From positions 1 through 64,000 of IMG/VR virus record IMGVR_UViG_3300042937_001707: 64,000 nucleotides of DNA; one strand, given 5' to 3'. The notes below the pieces were generated by a model, which was not told the DNA's origin, ran no database searches, and saw only the letters and a program-made list of their open reading frames with translations. This DNA is from a virus. The position numbers were made by a program, and so were the translations under genes. How positions within the stretch are numbered: the stretch's first letter is position 1; each line of letters opens with the position of its first letter. This document shows, piece after piece, positions 16,647 through 27,096 of this stretch.

Positions 16647-17039
16647 ATGCAAAATAAAGACATAATATACTCGGACTTAGACCTAATGTTTAACATACAT
16701 CCTGTTAAACAAGATTTGGTTATGAGTATAAACGAGAAGGCAGTAATTCGTTCTGTTAGAAATTTGGTTCTTACAAACCATTACGAAAGACCGTTTCAAT
16801 CTGAAATAGGGTCAAACGTTAAGAAAATGTTGTTTGAACCAATTACTTCTCTTACAGAAAATTACATTCAGAGAGAAATTTATAATGTTGTAACAACTTT
16901 TGAACCCAGAGCAAAAAATGTTTTTGTTCAAGTTAAAGGTTATCCTGACGAAAACGCATTACGAGCAAATATTGTATTTTATATAGAAAATTCAACGACA
17001 CCAGTTGTAGTAGATATGCTTTTAGAAAGATCAAGATAG
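16647..17039 (+). CDS. gp25: Baseplate wedge subunit gp25
   Basis: YSDLD, SVRNLVLT...ERPF..EIGS....LFE and FEPR motifs. Confidence 0.92.
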   Translation: MQNKDIIYSDLDLMFNIHPVKQDLVMSINEKAVIRSVRNLVLTNHYERPFQSEIGSNVKKMLFEPITSLTENYIQREIYNVVTTFEPRAKNVFVQVKGYPDENALRANIVFYIENSTTPVVVDMLLERSR

Positions 17040-17049
17040 GAAAAAATAA

Positions 17050-19137
17050 ATGGCAACCTCTAATTCTAATTTAACTCTTGTGGGGACAGATTTTGATCAG
17101 ATCAAAAGTAATTTATTAACTTTCCTTAGAGGTCAAGATGTTCTAAAAGACGCAGATTATACTGGTAGTGTTCTTCAAACTTTATTAGACGTTTTAGCGT
17201 ACAATACCCATTATAATGCCTTCTATTTGAATATGGTTGCTAATGAAATGTTTTTGGATTCTGCCGTTAAAAGAGCTTCCGTAATATCGCATTCGAAAAT
17301 GTTAGGGTATTTTCCAAGATCTGTTGTTGCTCCTACTGCCACAATTAAATTAACCATTACTAATTATGAACTACCGTCTATAACTATTCCTAAATTTACA
17401 AAATTTATATCAGAGTCTGTTGATGGTGTTAACTACGTTTTTATGACCGATAAAGAATACGTTGTTAATAACGATCCAAATAATAACCCTAATACTGCTA
17501 TAGTAATAGCAGACGTTATAGTAAAACAAGGAGAACCAGTACAGTATACATTCACGTATAATTTAAAAGAAAACCCAAAGGGTATATATAAAATACCAGA
17601 CGCAAATATAGACCTAAGCACACTCCAAGTAATAGTCCAAAAGTCTCGGTTGGATTTTTCTTCTGTTTCTTTTTATACGGGTTCTACTGAAACTTTGTCC
17701 ATAACTCCTGAATCAGAAATTTATTTCGTTCAAGAATCTATGGATGGTTTTTATGAAATTTACTTTGGTGATGGAGTTCTTGGTAAACAATTAGAAAACG
17801 GTAATGTTGTAATAGTTTCCTACATAACGTCTGATGGTAGTATTGCAAACGGAGCTAAAGAATTCACTATTGTGGGGGGTAACGAACAGCTTGCTTCTGG
17901 CATCATAAGCGTTGAAACTACTAGTCCAGCCTTTGGAGGCAGAGAAAAAGAATCTATTGAGTCAATAAAATTTATTGCTCCAAAATCATACTCGGCGCAA
18001 AATAGGGCAGTAACGAATCAAGATTATATGACCCTATTGAATAACAATAATTATGGGTTTATATTTGATTCTGTTAATGTTTGGGGTGGACAAGAAAATG
18101 ATCCTCCTGTGTATGGTCAAGTTTTTGTTTCTCTAAAACCACAAGGAGGTTACGCTTTAACAACATCTCAAAAAGAAATTGTGAAAACAAAGTTGATTAA
18201 ACCTTTGAATGTAATTACTGTTGAGCCTACTATTATTGATCCAGACTACACATATATTAAATTAGAAATAGATGTAATATATGATTCCAGAAAAACTATA
18301 CTGAGCGTTGGTGAACTTGAATCTAGAATAAGAACTTCCATACAAGAGTTTTCAAGAGAAACTTTAAACTCTTTTAATTCTACATTTAGTTACCCGGATT
18401 TAATGTTCGCAGTTCAGAACGCTGATAATTCTATCGTGACCAACGAAATAGACGTAACCCTTCAAAAGAAGTTCTTACCAAGTTTAGAAGTAGCCACAAC
18501 ATATGAATTAGAGTTTGGAAGCGTATTGGAGAGGGGTATATTATTTTCTGGTATAACTTCTTCTCCTTCTATGCAATATTATGATAGACAAAATTCTTAT
18601 GCCGTTATTGATGGGATATACCTTGAAGAATTGCCTTCATATTCTGGGGGTGTTGAATCAATCGATATTGTTAATCCCGGATTTGGATATAAAACAAACC
18701 CTTCAATAAAAATAGTTGGTGATGGGTCTGGCGCTAATGCGTATTCTATAGTTGTTAATGGTTCTTTGAGCAAAATTGTTGTTGATAACCCCGGAGCGAA
18801 TTATTCTCAGGCAATTATTGAAATTGAGGGTGGTGGTGGAAATCTGGGTCAAGCAACAGCAACACTACAAGGTAGGTATGGTACTATAAAATCTTATTAT
18901 TACAATAAGAAAAATATAAAAACTTCTTTTGATGAAAATGTTGGCGTTGTTGATTATTATACTGGAAAAGTAACTCTAACAGATTTTAATCCTTTGAATG
19001 TGAATAACCCATTGGCACAATTAACTTTGACGGCAAAACCTCAATCTAACATTATAAGTTCCAGTAGAAATAGAATATTAACTATAGACCAGTTTGACCC
19101 TTCAGCAATAGTGATAAACATCAAAGAGAAATCCTAA
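17050..19137 (+). CDS. gp6: Baseplate wedge subunit gp6
   Basis: DFD.IK, LLDVLAYNTHY, FLDSA..R.SV.S, FGDG..G, QNRAVT..DY and WGG..N.PP.YG motifs. Confidence 0.93.
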   Translation: MATSNSNLTLVGTDFDQIKSNLLTFLRGQDVLKDADYTGSVLQTLLDVLAYNTHYNAFYLNMVANEMFLDSAVKRASVISHSKMLGYFPRSVVAPTATIKLTITNYELPSITIPKFTKFISESVDGVNYVFMTDKEYVVNNDPNNNPNTAIVIADVIVKQGEPVQYTFTYNLKENPKGIYKIPDANIDLSTLQVIVQKSRLDFSSVSFYTGSTETLSITPESEIYFVQESMDGFYEIYFGDGVLGKQLENGNVVIVSYITSDGSIANGAKEFTIVGGNEQLASGIISVETTSPAFGGREKESIESIKFIAPKSYSAQNRAVTNQDYMTLLNNNNYGFIFDSVNVWGGQENDPPVYGQVFVSLKPQGGYALTTSQKEIVKTKLIKPLNVITVEPTIIDPDYTYIKLEIDVIYDSRKTILSVGELESRIRTSIQEFSRETLNSFNSTFSYPDLMFAVQNADNSIVTNEIDVTLQKKFLPSLEVATTYELEFGSVLERGILFSGITSSPSMQYYDRQNSYAVIDGIYLEELPSYSGGVESIDIVNPGFGYKTNPSIKIVGDGSGANAYSIVVNGSLSKIVVDNPGANYSQAIIEIEGGGGNLGQATATLQGRYGTIKSYYYNKKNIKTSFDENVGVVDYYTGKVTLTDFNPLNVNNPLAQLTLTAKPQSNIISSSRNRILTIDQFDPSAIVINIKEKS

Positions 19138-22100
19138 TGATAAAAACTTCTCTATTAGTACAACAGCAATTACCTAGTTTCGTTAGGGAAGATGATAACT
19201 ATCAGAATTTTGTTGCTTTTATAGAATCTTATTATGAATGGTTAGAACAAGATTCTAATGTATTAAGCGAATCTAAAAAAATACAAGAATATATTGATAT
19301 TGATTCTACCGTTGAAAAATTCGTTGAATATTTTTATTCAACGTTTATGCCAGCATTTCCAAAAGATGTTATTACAGACAAAAGAAAATTATTAAGGTTC
19401 TCAAAAGAACTTTATGAAAATAAAGGAAATAGAGCGGCTTATAAATTTCTATTTAGATGTTTATATAATGTTGATTCTGACGTATATGAAACTAAAGAAT
19501 ATGTAGTAAAAGCGTCTGCAGGTAAATGGTTTTTACCTAAATCTGTTAAAATTAAATCCAATGATTCTAGGTGGATCAATGCTGAAAATTTGTTTATTTT
19601 CGGTGATATTTCAAAGTCTTTGGCTAAAATCGAAAGGGCAAAGGTTGTAAACGATAGGGTAGAGATATTCATATCCGACATACAAAGGTTGTTCCAAACT
19701 GGAGAATTTGTAAAAGTAGTTGACGTAAACCTCCAAAACGTTTATTTTGATGTTGAAGGTAATATAGTAGAAGAAGGGGAAATATTAGAGGGAAAACTAT
19801 TAGGAACTATATCTTCAGTTGACGTTAATCGAAATTATAGAGGTAATTATTATTTATCGGGCGACCCGGTCGTTTTTTACGAAGGATTAGAAGAGGAAAC
19901 TTCTGATATTGGTGCTGTTGCTGAAGTCGGGGAAGTTACTTTGGGTGCTATACAGCGCGTAAAAGTTGAAGAGGGATCTTATGGTTATAGAGAACATCCC
20001 AACACATTTATTTTTGTAACTCCCGATTCCGGTAAACCTATATTAACGGTTGGTGCTATAAATCCAGCAAATACGTCAAACGTGACAATGATGGTTGCGG
20101 ATTCTTTGGAATTGAAAGAAAATATTCCACTAAATTGCAACGTTTTTACTGGGTTCCCAATAAGCAATACTCTTAATTATAATTTCTCAAGAACATTAGC
20201 AAATTCTTTAATATGTAATGCAAATACGGTTATGGCGAATGCATTTACGTTTAGAGAATTTTCGACGTATTCTATTGATACAGTTATTGTTCAAAATGGT
20301 GGTGGTGGATTTAGAACAATTCCCACCATATCCGCCGAATCAATGTATGAAACGGATTTGCCGTTTGGAATGGGGGATGAATACGACCCTAGATACACTC
20401 CAGCAGCAAATACGGTAACGTCTATCAAAAATTTTGGTATTCTAGGACCAATCCTTATCAGAACAGACTCTTCTGGTAATAGAAAACGAGGAGTTGGCTA
20501 CAAGGTAGGGGACGAAATACTATTTTCTGGTGGTCTTGGTGGAGGGGCTTTTGCAAACGTTACTTCAGTATTATCTGGAGGCGAAATCAACACCGTTTCT
20601 TATTATACGTCCACAAACAACCCTGCCCCTTTAGGCGGGTTTGGATATTCCAACGGAGAATTGCCTTACGTTTACGTTAAACCAACGGAAACTTCTGCTA
20701 GTATTTCTAGCAATAATGTACTAAGGGTTTCTAGTTCTTTTGTTACTGGAAATGTTTTAGTGGGGCAAACTGTTTCTGGTAATGGTATTCCTGTTACAAC
20801 AACCGTTATAAATTCATATTCTAATGGTTGGGTAATATTATCTAATAGCGCGACAGGAACCTATGTATCCAACACTTATTCTTTTGTTGGAACCGGAGCA
20901 GACTTATACGTCAGTACTGTACTTGGCGATGGAGCAAAGCTGGTACCAATTACAGATAGAATTGGTTCAATAACAACAATAAAAATTACCAATTTTGGTG
21001 AAGATTATATTTCTGCGCCAAAAGTTTCTCTAAAGGTTCAGGATATCGCTGTAAGTAACGTAAGTTTGTTATATGTACCTCAAAAGGGAGACATAGTATA
21101 TCAAGGAGCCAATTCTACTAGTTTTACTTATAAGTCGTATGTTGATTCTATTAATAGAATCACGTTTGACGAAAATTCTGAAACATCTACTTATATACTA
21201 AGGGTTTATAATTATAATAAACTTCCAAACCCTAACGCAGAATTAACTCTACAAAAAACCAAAATAATAGAACCAAATACATATCCAATAACTATAAAAA
21301 CCGACTATGTTTTCCCTAGAAAATTTTTACCAGACGGAACTTCTCAGATAGTTGGTAAAGACGGTATATTAACTTATGGTGATGGTACTGCTAAAGCAAA
21401 TTCTAAATTCTTAAACGGACTGATACTTGGTTCTGGAAGATATATTGATGAATCGCACCAACCAAGTTCTTTTTCTGTTCTGGAAGATGAAAACTACAAT
21501 AATTTTACTTATGTCGTTTCTGTTGAAAAAGACATCTCAAAATATAGAGATATTCTATATGAAAGTATGCATCCTTCTGGAACCAAGGTAATTGGTCAAG
21601 CGGTAATAAAGAACGAAGCTAACTCTGAAATAGAATTAAAAGAATCAACTTATGTAAATTATATTGACGATTTTGAATATATATGGGCTGCGTTGGCTAC
21701 TGAAGAAGTTGCCGAAAACGAGTTTAATTCTGAATTAATGCGATTCCCAGAATCAATTTCCAAATATGCAACGCTTGATTCTAATAATTCCAATATGTTG
21801 CGGTTGTCTACATTCCCCAATATTTCTAAAGACCAAAACATATATGGTGCTGGAATTCTTTGGGACACTAAAATAAAATCTGTTAATATTGCAAACAGCA
21901 GCATAATTTTAACAGAAAACGCTACTGAAAACCAAAACAATACTTTATTGCTGGTTATGGATAATTGGTCTGGATCGGATAATAAGTACATATTACCGCA
22001 CCAATTGATTCTATGCAATACTTCTAGTAATAGTAATGTTGTGGTAATAAGAACTTCTTCTAGTAGCAATTTAACGTCTGATTTGATTAAAAATCAGATC

Positions 22101-22706
22101 GTTGTTGGAAATACTACGACTATCTATGCTAACACTGTTAATAACAGTAACATGCTTAAAGGGGTTGAATCTGTCTCCAATATTGTTATTGGGCAATATA
22201 TTACCGGAAACAATATTCCTAGCGGAACAAAAGTCTCTCAAATAATTTCTGGTAATAATACCATTGTTATGACCCATAATGCTTCTGCTAATGCTAACGG
22301 ATACAGCTATAGCTACTTTGATAAACAGACCGAGACCACTGTTGGCGTATATAAATATAATTATATACAATTCCAGAGCGTTCCTTACAATACTAGAATA
22401 AGTAGAATAATAACGTCGAACAATACTTTATTATTATCAAACAATTGTATAAAAACTTCTATCGATAATGTTTATTATTTCTTGGGTGATGGTACTAGTA
22501 ATAGAGACTCTGAAATTCCATCCGAATTCGTAAGGGTAGAATCTGGTCAATTTACTGAAAAATACGGTTCTATTGGTGGTGCGAGACAAAGACCAGAAGA
22601 AAACTATTTTGTATTCAATGACGATTTATTAAGCGAATCTGGAGAACCGCTACTAACAGAAAATAATGTTAACATATCAGCAACAATTTACATAAGAATT
22701 AAATAG
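19137..22706 (+). CDS. gp7: Baseplate wedge initiator gp7-like protein
   Basis: Q.P.FVRE..F..F..SYYEWLE, Y..KG...YKFLFR..Y and HP.G motifs; follows gp6. Confidence 0.7.
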   Translation: MIKTSLLVQQQLPSFVREDDNYQNFVAFIESYYEWLEQDSNVLSESKKIQEYIDIDSTVEKFVEYFYSTFMPAFPKDVITDKRKLLRFSKELYENKGNRAAYKFLFRCLYNVDSDVYETKEYVVKASAGKWFLPKSVKIKSNDSRWINAENLFIFGDISKSLAKIERAKVVNDRVEIFISDIQRLFQTGEFVKVVDVNLQNVYFDVEGNIVEEGEILEGKLLGTISSVDVNRNYRGNYYLSGDPVVFYEGLEEETSDIGAVAEVGEVTLGAIQRVKVEEGSYGYREHPNTFIFVTPDSGKPILTVGAINPANTSNVTMMVADSLELKENIPLNCNVFTGFPISNTLNYNFSRTLANSLICNANTVMANAFTFREFSTYSIDTVIVQNGGGGFRTIPTISAESMYETDLPFGMGDEYDPRYTPAANTVTSIKNFGILGPILIRTDSSGNRKRGVGYKVGDEILFSGGLGGGAFANVTSVLSGGEINTVSYYTSTNNPAPLGGFGYSNGELPYVYVKPTETSASISSNNVLRVSSSFVTGNVLVGQTVSGNGIPVTTTVINSYSNGWVILSNSATGTYVSNTYSFVGTGADLYVSTVLGDGAKLVPITDRIGSITTIKITNFGEDYISAPKVSLKVQDIAVSNVSLLYVPQKGDIVYQGANSTSFTYKSYVDSINRITFDENSETSTYILRVYNYNKLPNPNAELTLQKTKIIEPNTYPITIKTDYVFPRKFLPDGTSQIVGKDGILTYGDGTAKANSKFLNGLILGSGRYIDESHQPSSFSVLEDENYNNFTYVVSVEKDISKYRDILYESMHPSGTKVIGQAVIKNEANSEIELKESTYVNYIDDFEYIWAALATEEVAENEFNSELMRFPESISKYATLDSNNSNMLRLSTFPNISKDQNIYGAGILWDTKIKSVNIANSSIILTENATENQNNTLLLVMDNWSGSDNKYILPHQLILCNTSSNSNVVVIRTSSSSNLTSDLIKNQIVVGNTTTIYANTVNNSNMLKGVESVSNIVIGQYITGNNIPSGTKVSQIISGNNTIVMTHNASANANGYSYSYFDKQTETTVGVYKYNYIQFQSVPYNTRISRIITSNNTLLLSNNCIKTSIDNVYYFLGDGTSNRDSEIPSEFVRVESGQFTEKYGSIGGARQRPEENYFVFNDDLLSESGEPLLTENNVNISATIYIRIK

Positions 22707-22713
22707 GTTTAAT

Positions 22714-24129
22714 ATGGGAATAATAACCAGCAGTTTACCAAATCTAGGTAATCCAACAAGTAATACATTATTAATAGGGGTAAACGTTATTAACGAAACC
22801 CCAAATAATAGCGTAAAAATAACCGCAGCAAACCTAAAATCGTTTATTGTTGCCGAAGCATTTTTAAAGGCGAATCAATCCTTTGTAAAAGCTAATGCTT
22901 CTTACGATGCATCAAATTCTGCTGCTAATTACGCCAATTCAGCGTTCGTTTATGCCAATTCAGCATATAATTGGGCTAATGCTTCTTATAATTTCGCAAA
23001 CACTACGGCAAACACACTCTCTAATACAGAAATAAAATTATCCTCTGTATATAGTTTCTCTAATTCTTTATATGATATCTCAAATATAATTTTTGGCGTT
23101 GCTAATTCCGGGGTTTCTTTTTCCGCTAATGCGTTTATTCAAGCAAACGCCGCATTTATTCAAGCAAATTCTGCAAATTCTTATGCTATAGGGGTAAACG
23201 CTAAATTACAACAAATATATGATACAGCAAATTCAGCTTCTATATCTGCACAATTTGCAAACACAAATTCAACTGTAGCTTACGATTTAGCGCAAACTGC
23301 AATAGGCGATTCTCAAAATGCAAACACAAACGCTTTTACAGCATTGAGTGTTGCAAACAATGCGTTATTTATTGCAGCAAATACTGATATAAAATTATCT
23401 TCTGCGTATAGTTTGGCAAACAGCACACATGAATCTTTGGTTTCTGAATTAAATCTATATCCTATCGTTAACGCGAAAAGATTTAATGTTGTTGGTGATG
23501 GTGTTACAGACGATACGGTAAATTTGCAAAACGTTATTAATTCTATTCCTTTTGGAACGATCTTTATCCCTTCTGGCTTTTATGGTGTTACCACTTTGAA
23601 TATTAATCCTGGTATAAGCATTAAAGGCGACGGAAGTAACTCTTCGATATTTGTAACGTTAGCAAATAATTCTACTGTCCTTAAATATACAAAATCCAAC
23701 ACCTCTCTAAGTCCCGATAATATTTCTATATCTAGTATTGGTTTTAGATCTAACGGTACTGTTAATTGTATTCCTATCGGAGTTTCCGGCAATAGTAGCT
23801 CTTTACTTTGTGTTAATGCGAAAATATCAGATATTAAGATTGATGCAGAATTTGGATATTCTTTTTCTAAAGGTGTTGAATTATCAAATTGTAAAAATTA
23901 TATAGTTTCTTCTGTCATTTCAAGTAACTGTAATAATGATGTAGTAATTTCTAATTCTTTTAAAGGGCAGATTGTTAATAGTATATTTGATAGCGATTTG
24001 GCTAATAATATCATAGAAACAGGAACAAGTGATAAAAACATTATCTCCAACAATATAACAAGAAAGAGAATAAATATTGTCGGTCCTAATACCTTGAAAG
24101 TTAATAATATAGAAAACGCCTCAGAATAA
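22714..24129 (+). CDS. Fibre/spike protein: heptad coiled coil plus pectate-lyase-like beta-helix
   Basis: AN(S/A)A(F/Y) heptads; VN...F...GDGVTDDT..LQ..I....G.IFIP.G.Y motif. Confidence 0.65.
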   Translation: MGIITSSLPNLGNPTSNTLLIGVNVINETPNNSVKITAANLKSFIVAEAFLKANQSFVKANASYDASNSAANYANSAFVYANSAYNWANASYNFANTTANTLSNTEIKLSSVYSFSNSLYDISNIIFGVANSGVSFSANAFIQANAAFIQANSANSYAIGVNAKLQQIYDTANSASISAQFANTNSTVAYDLAQTAIGDSQNANTNAFTALSVANNALFIAANTDIKLSSAYSLANSTHESLVSELNLYPIVNAKRFNVVGDGVTDDTVNLQNVINSIPFGTIFIPSGFYGVTTLNINPGISIKGDGSNSSIFVTLANNSTVLKYTKSNTSLSPDNISISSIGFRSNGTVNCIPIGVSGNSSSLLCVNAKISDIKIDAEFGYSFSKGVELSNCKNYIVSSVISSNCNNDVVISNSFKGQIVNSIFDSDLANNIIETGTSDKNIISNNITRKRINIVGPNTLKVNNIENASE

Positions 24130-24139
24130 AGGTAAATAA

Positions 24140-25192
24140 ATGTCTACACCTATCATAAGAATTTCTCAACTTCCGCCAGAAACAGAAAGAACTATGGCTG
24201 GCAATCCAAGTAATACTTGGTTCGCCATAGTTAATGTTAACGAGATGAAAACCAAAAGGCTTTCTCTAGACGCTTTATTAAAATATCTTTCAGAATATTT
24301 TGGAGATCCCCTACCTTTTCCATACCTTAAATTTCAAACTGAGGGTGGACTAAAAGCCAACGGGTCTTCTATAGCGACTGCTAATTTGGGTGATGTTCTT
24401 TTAATCAGCGATACAACAACATTTAATCACTCAAATGCTTCCTACAATACAGCTAATTCTGCTTCAATTTATGCAAACGGTGCGTTTTCTAGAGCAAATG
24501 TTGCCAGACAACACGCAAACGTTGCATATAATCACGCTAATTCTGCCTTTAATAAAGCAAATTCGGCTATTTCTTTGTTTTCATCTGGTGGAGTTTCTTT
24601 GCTATCTTCTAATCCAGATAACACCAAATTATCTTTGGGGCAAAGTTTATCGGTTTCTGTTTCGCCTATAGCATTGACGGCAACAAACGGTATAACTATA
24701 GACGGCGGTCTTAATAAATCTTTATCCCTTGGCCAACCTTTGACTATAGGAGCCAACCCAATAACTATCAATACGTTAAATGGTATTACTGGTGGAAAAC
24801 AATTGAGGTTGGGAGAATCTATAACGCTTGACGGGGCTTTTATATATAATCACGCAAATTCTTCTTATAATTATGCAAATAATTGTATAATAAAACCAGC
24901 AATTAATTATGTCACAAGCTCTCAAAATAATTTAGTAACCATTGCTAACAATAGATATATAATTTTAGGTGATGTCAATAGTAATATTCACGTAAAACTT
25001 CCTGCTGGAGTTCCTAAAGAAAATACATTCATATACTTTACTAATATGTCTCCATCTAAGAATAATACCATTCAGTATAATGGTACGAGAATACACGGTC
25101 TTGCTCCAAACGAACATTTAAAAATAGACGTACCAAACGTTTCTATAACAATGTGTTATATAGATTCTACTAGAGGTTGGGTAATAGTATAA
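24140..25192 (+). CDS. Virion fibre/baseplate-associated protein
   Basis: IRISQLP N-terminus, HANSA heptads, C-terminal V.LP...I...G..I.G...L...Y.D...GW domain. Confidence 0.55.
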   Translation: MSTPIIRISQLPPETERTMAGNPSNTWFAIVNVNEMKTKRLSLDALLKYLSEYFGDPLPFPYLKFQTEGGLKANGSSIATANLGDVLLISDTTTFNHSNASYNTANSASIYANGAFSRANVARQHANVAYNHANSAFNKANSAISLFSSGGVSLLSSNPDNTKLSLGQSLSVSVSPIALTATNGITIDGGLNKSLSLGQPLTIGANPITINTLNGITGGKQLRLGESITLDGAFIYNHANSSYNYANNCIIKPAINYVTSSQNNLVTIANNRYIILGDVNSNIHVKLPAGVPKENTFIYFTNMSPSKNNTIQYNGTRIHGLAPNEHLKIDVPNVSITMCYIDSTRGWVIV

Positions 25193-27054
25193 TGATAGCA
25201 AATAACAGCATATTAACTAATGATAGTAATAGTTACGAAATTACTCAATTTTTTTACGCTCCGCAGGTAATTTTACCTCCAGATAACAAAAATTTGCAAT
25301 CTTTGTACGGGTTCATTTCTTATAATGACCCTTGGAACGAAACTTCTTACTCAAGTAATGCAGCTGAAACGATTATTATTAGAGATGCTGCTATTATTGA
25401 AAATTCTAATAGTTTAATTATAGTAAACGAACCAACTCTGAATGATTTTTTTATTGGGCAAAAAGTTTCTCATGAAAACGTTCCAGCAAATACAGTAGTT
25501 GATCAAATAAATTATGAAGATTTTGTTTTAACGTTAAGTAAAAACGCAACGAAAACTTCAGTAGGTAAATTCACTTTTACTGGGTTTATTCCTAATGATA
25601 ATAAAATAACTTTGAATGATAATGGGGCTTTGTCTAATAAGGATAATTTTTATTCTGATTGTGCGGTTAAAATTGATATTTTAAACGATCCTGGAGAATT
25701 AAATTATTATAGAAGCGTAGTTGGATATGACGCTTCAACTAAAACGATAACTCTAAACGAGCCTTTAATGGATTATCCTCCAATTAATAGTTCTTCTACT
25801 GTTACTTTAGTTAATGATAACGATCACCCACCAAAACCAAAAGATACCATAAAATATAAAAAACAAATATTTAAAAATATGTTTTATTTGAAGAAAATTA
25901 CTTCAAATAATATTTCTCCGGTAGTAAGAAGAATAAATTGGTCTGAAGGGGAAGTATACGATTACTATAGAGATGATATTGATTTATATGAAAAAAATTC
26001 TGATGGAACTCCGGTATATAAATTCTATGTAATGAATCAATTTTATCAGGTATTTAAATGTCTTTGGAATAATAATGGTGGCGTTTCTACAGTAGAACCG
26101 TATTTCGTTGCTGGTAATTTTGATGATACTACTAATATTTTCTACGACCCAGACGATGGGTATAAATGGAAATATATGTTTACTATTTCTTATGGTAAAC
26201 TTCAGCAGTTTATGGATGAAAATTGGATTCCTATTCCAATTTCAACACCACCAGAAGCGAAATTTTCTAACGAAAAGGCTGGTGGAATAGAAGTAATAAA
26301 TGTAACAAATGGTGGTTCTGGTTATGATTTATCATTAGCCCTTGTTGATGTTTCTATTATGGGAGACGGTTTGGGTGCTTCTGCCTATGCGGAAGTAGAT
26401 CAAACAACAAAAAAAATTCAAAATATTGTAGTAAGAAATCCAGGATATAATTATACCACCGCTAACGTCGTTATATCTTCAGCAACAGGAAATAATGCCT
26501 CTGCGATTGCTTCTATATCTCCAATAGGGGGAAATGGTGCAGATATTATGTCTGAGATGGGATGTGATCGAGTGATGGTCGCTTTCTTGTTTCAAGAATC
26601 TGAAGGTAATAAACTTCCAACAGACATGCAAATAAGACAAATAGGGTTACTTTCTAGTCCTACTGCTAATAGTACATATCCATACGTTGCTAACGCGGAA
26701 ACTTATGCCACATCTACTGATATTATTGTTTCTAACGGTTTTGGTACGTTTCAGGATGGAGAAATAGTATATCAGACACCAAATAATGCAAATTTTGCAA
26801 ACTCTACGTTTACTGCAACTTGCGTAAATTTCGAGTCAGCCCCAAATAAACTTAGACTGATTAACTTAAATGGTACTTATGTTAATGGTTCTTCCATATA
26901 TGGATTATCTTCTGGTACCGCCAGAACTTTGCTGCAAGTATTTGATCCAGATTTGATAAAGTATACAGGACACATAATCCATATAGAAAACCGCCAAGAA
27001 ATCCAGAGGAGCAGCGACGGTTTGGAATTATTCAGATTAGTCATAAAATTTTAA
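25192..27054 (+). CDS. gp8: Baseplate wedge subunit gp8
   Basis: VVRRINW..G..YD.Y, FYVMN....VFKCL.N, DGY.WKYMFT and ENR..I.R motifs; ATG overlaps upstream stop. Confidence 0.8.
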   Translation: MIANNSILTNDSNSYEITQFFYAPQVILPPDNKNLQSLYGFISYNDPWNETSYSSNAAETIIIRDAAIIENSNSLIIVNEPTLNDFFIGQKVSHENVPANTVVDQINYEDFVLTLSKNATKTSVGKFTFTGFIPNDNKITLNDNGALSNKDNFYSDCAVKIDILNDPGELNYYRSVVGYDASTKTITLNEPLMDYPPINSSSTVTLVNDNDHPPKPKDTIKYKKQIFKNMFYLKKITSNNISPVVRRINWSEGEVYDYYRDDIDLYEKNSDGTPVYKFYVMNQFYQVFKCLWNNNGGVSTVEPYFVAGNFDDTTNIFYDPDDGYKWKYMFTISYGKLQQFMDENWIPIPISTPPEAKFSNEKAGGIEVINVTNGGSGYDLSLALVDVSIMGDGLGASAYAEVDQTTKKIQNIVVRNPGYNYTTANVVISSATGNNASAIASISPIGGNGADIMSEMGCDRVMVAFLFQESEGNKLPTDMQIRQIGLLSSPTANSTYPYVANAETYATSTDIIVSNGFGTFQDGEIVYQTPNNANFANSTFTATCVNFESAPNKLRLINLNGTYVNGSSIYGLSSGTARTLLQVFDPDLIKYTGHIIHIENRQEIQRSSDGLELFRLVIKF

Positions 27055-27096
27055 CAAATAAATAGTTAAAAACATCTTTACTGAAGGAAAAGTTAA

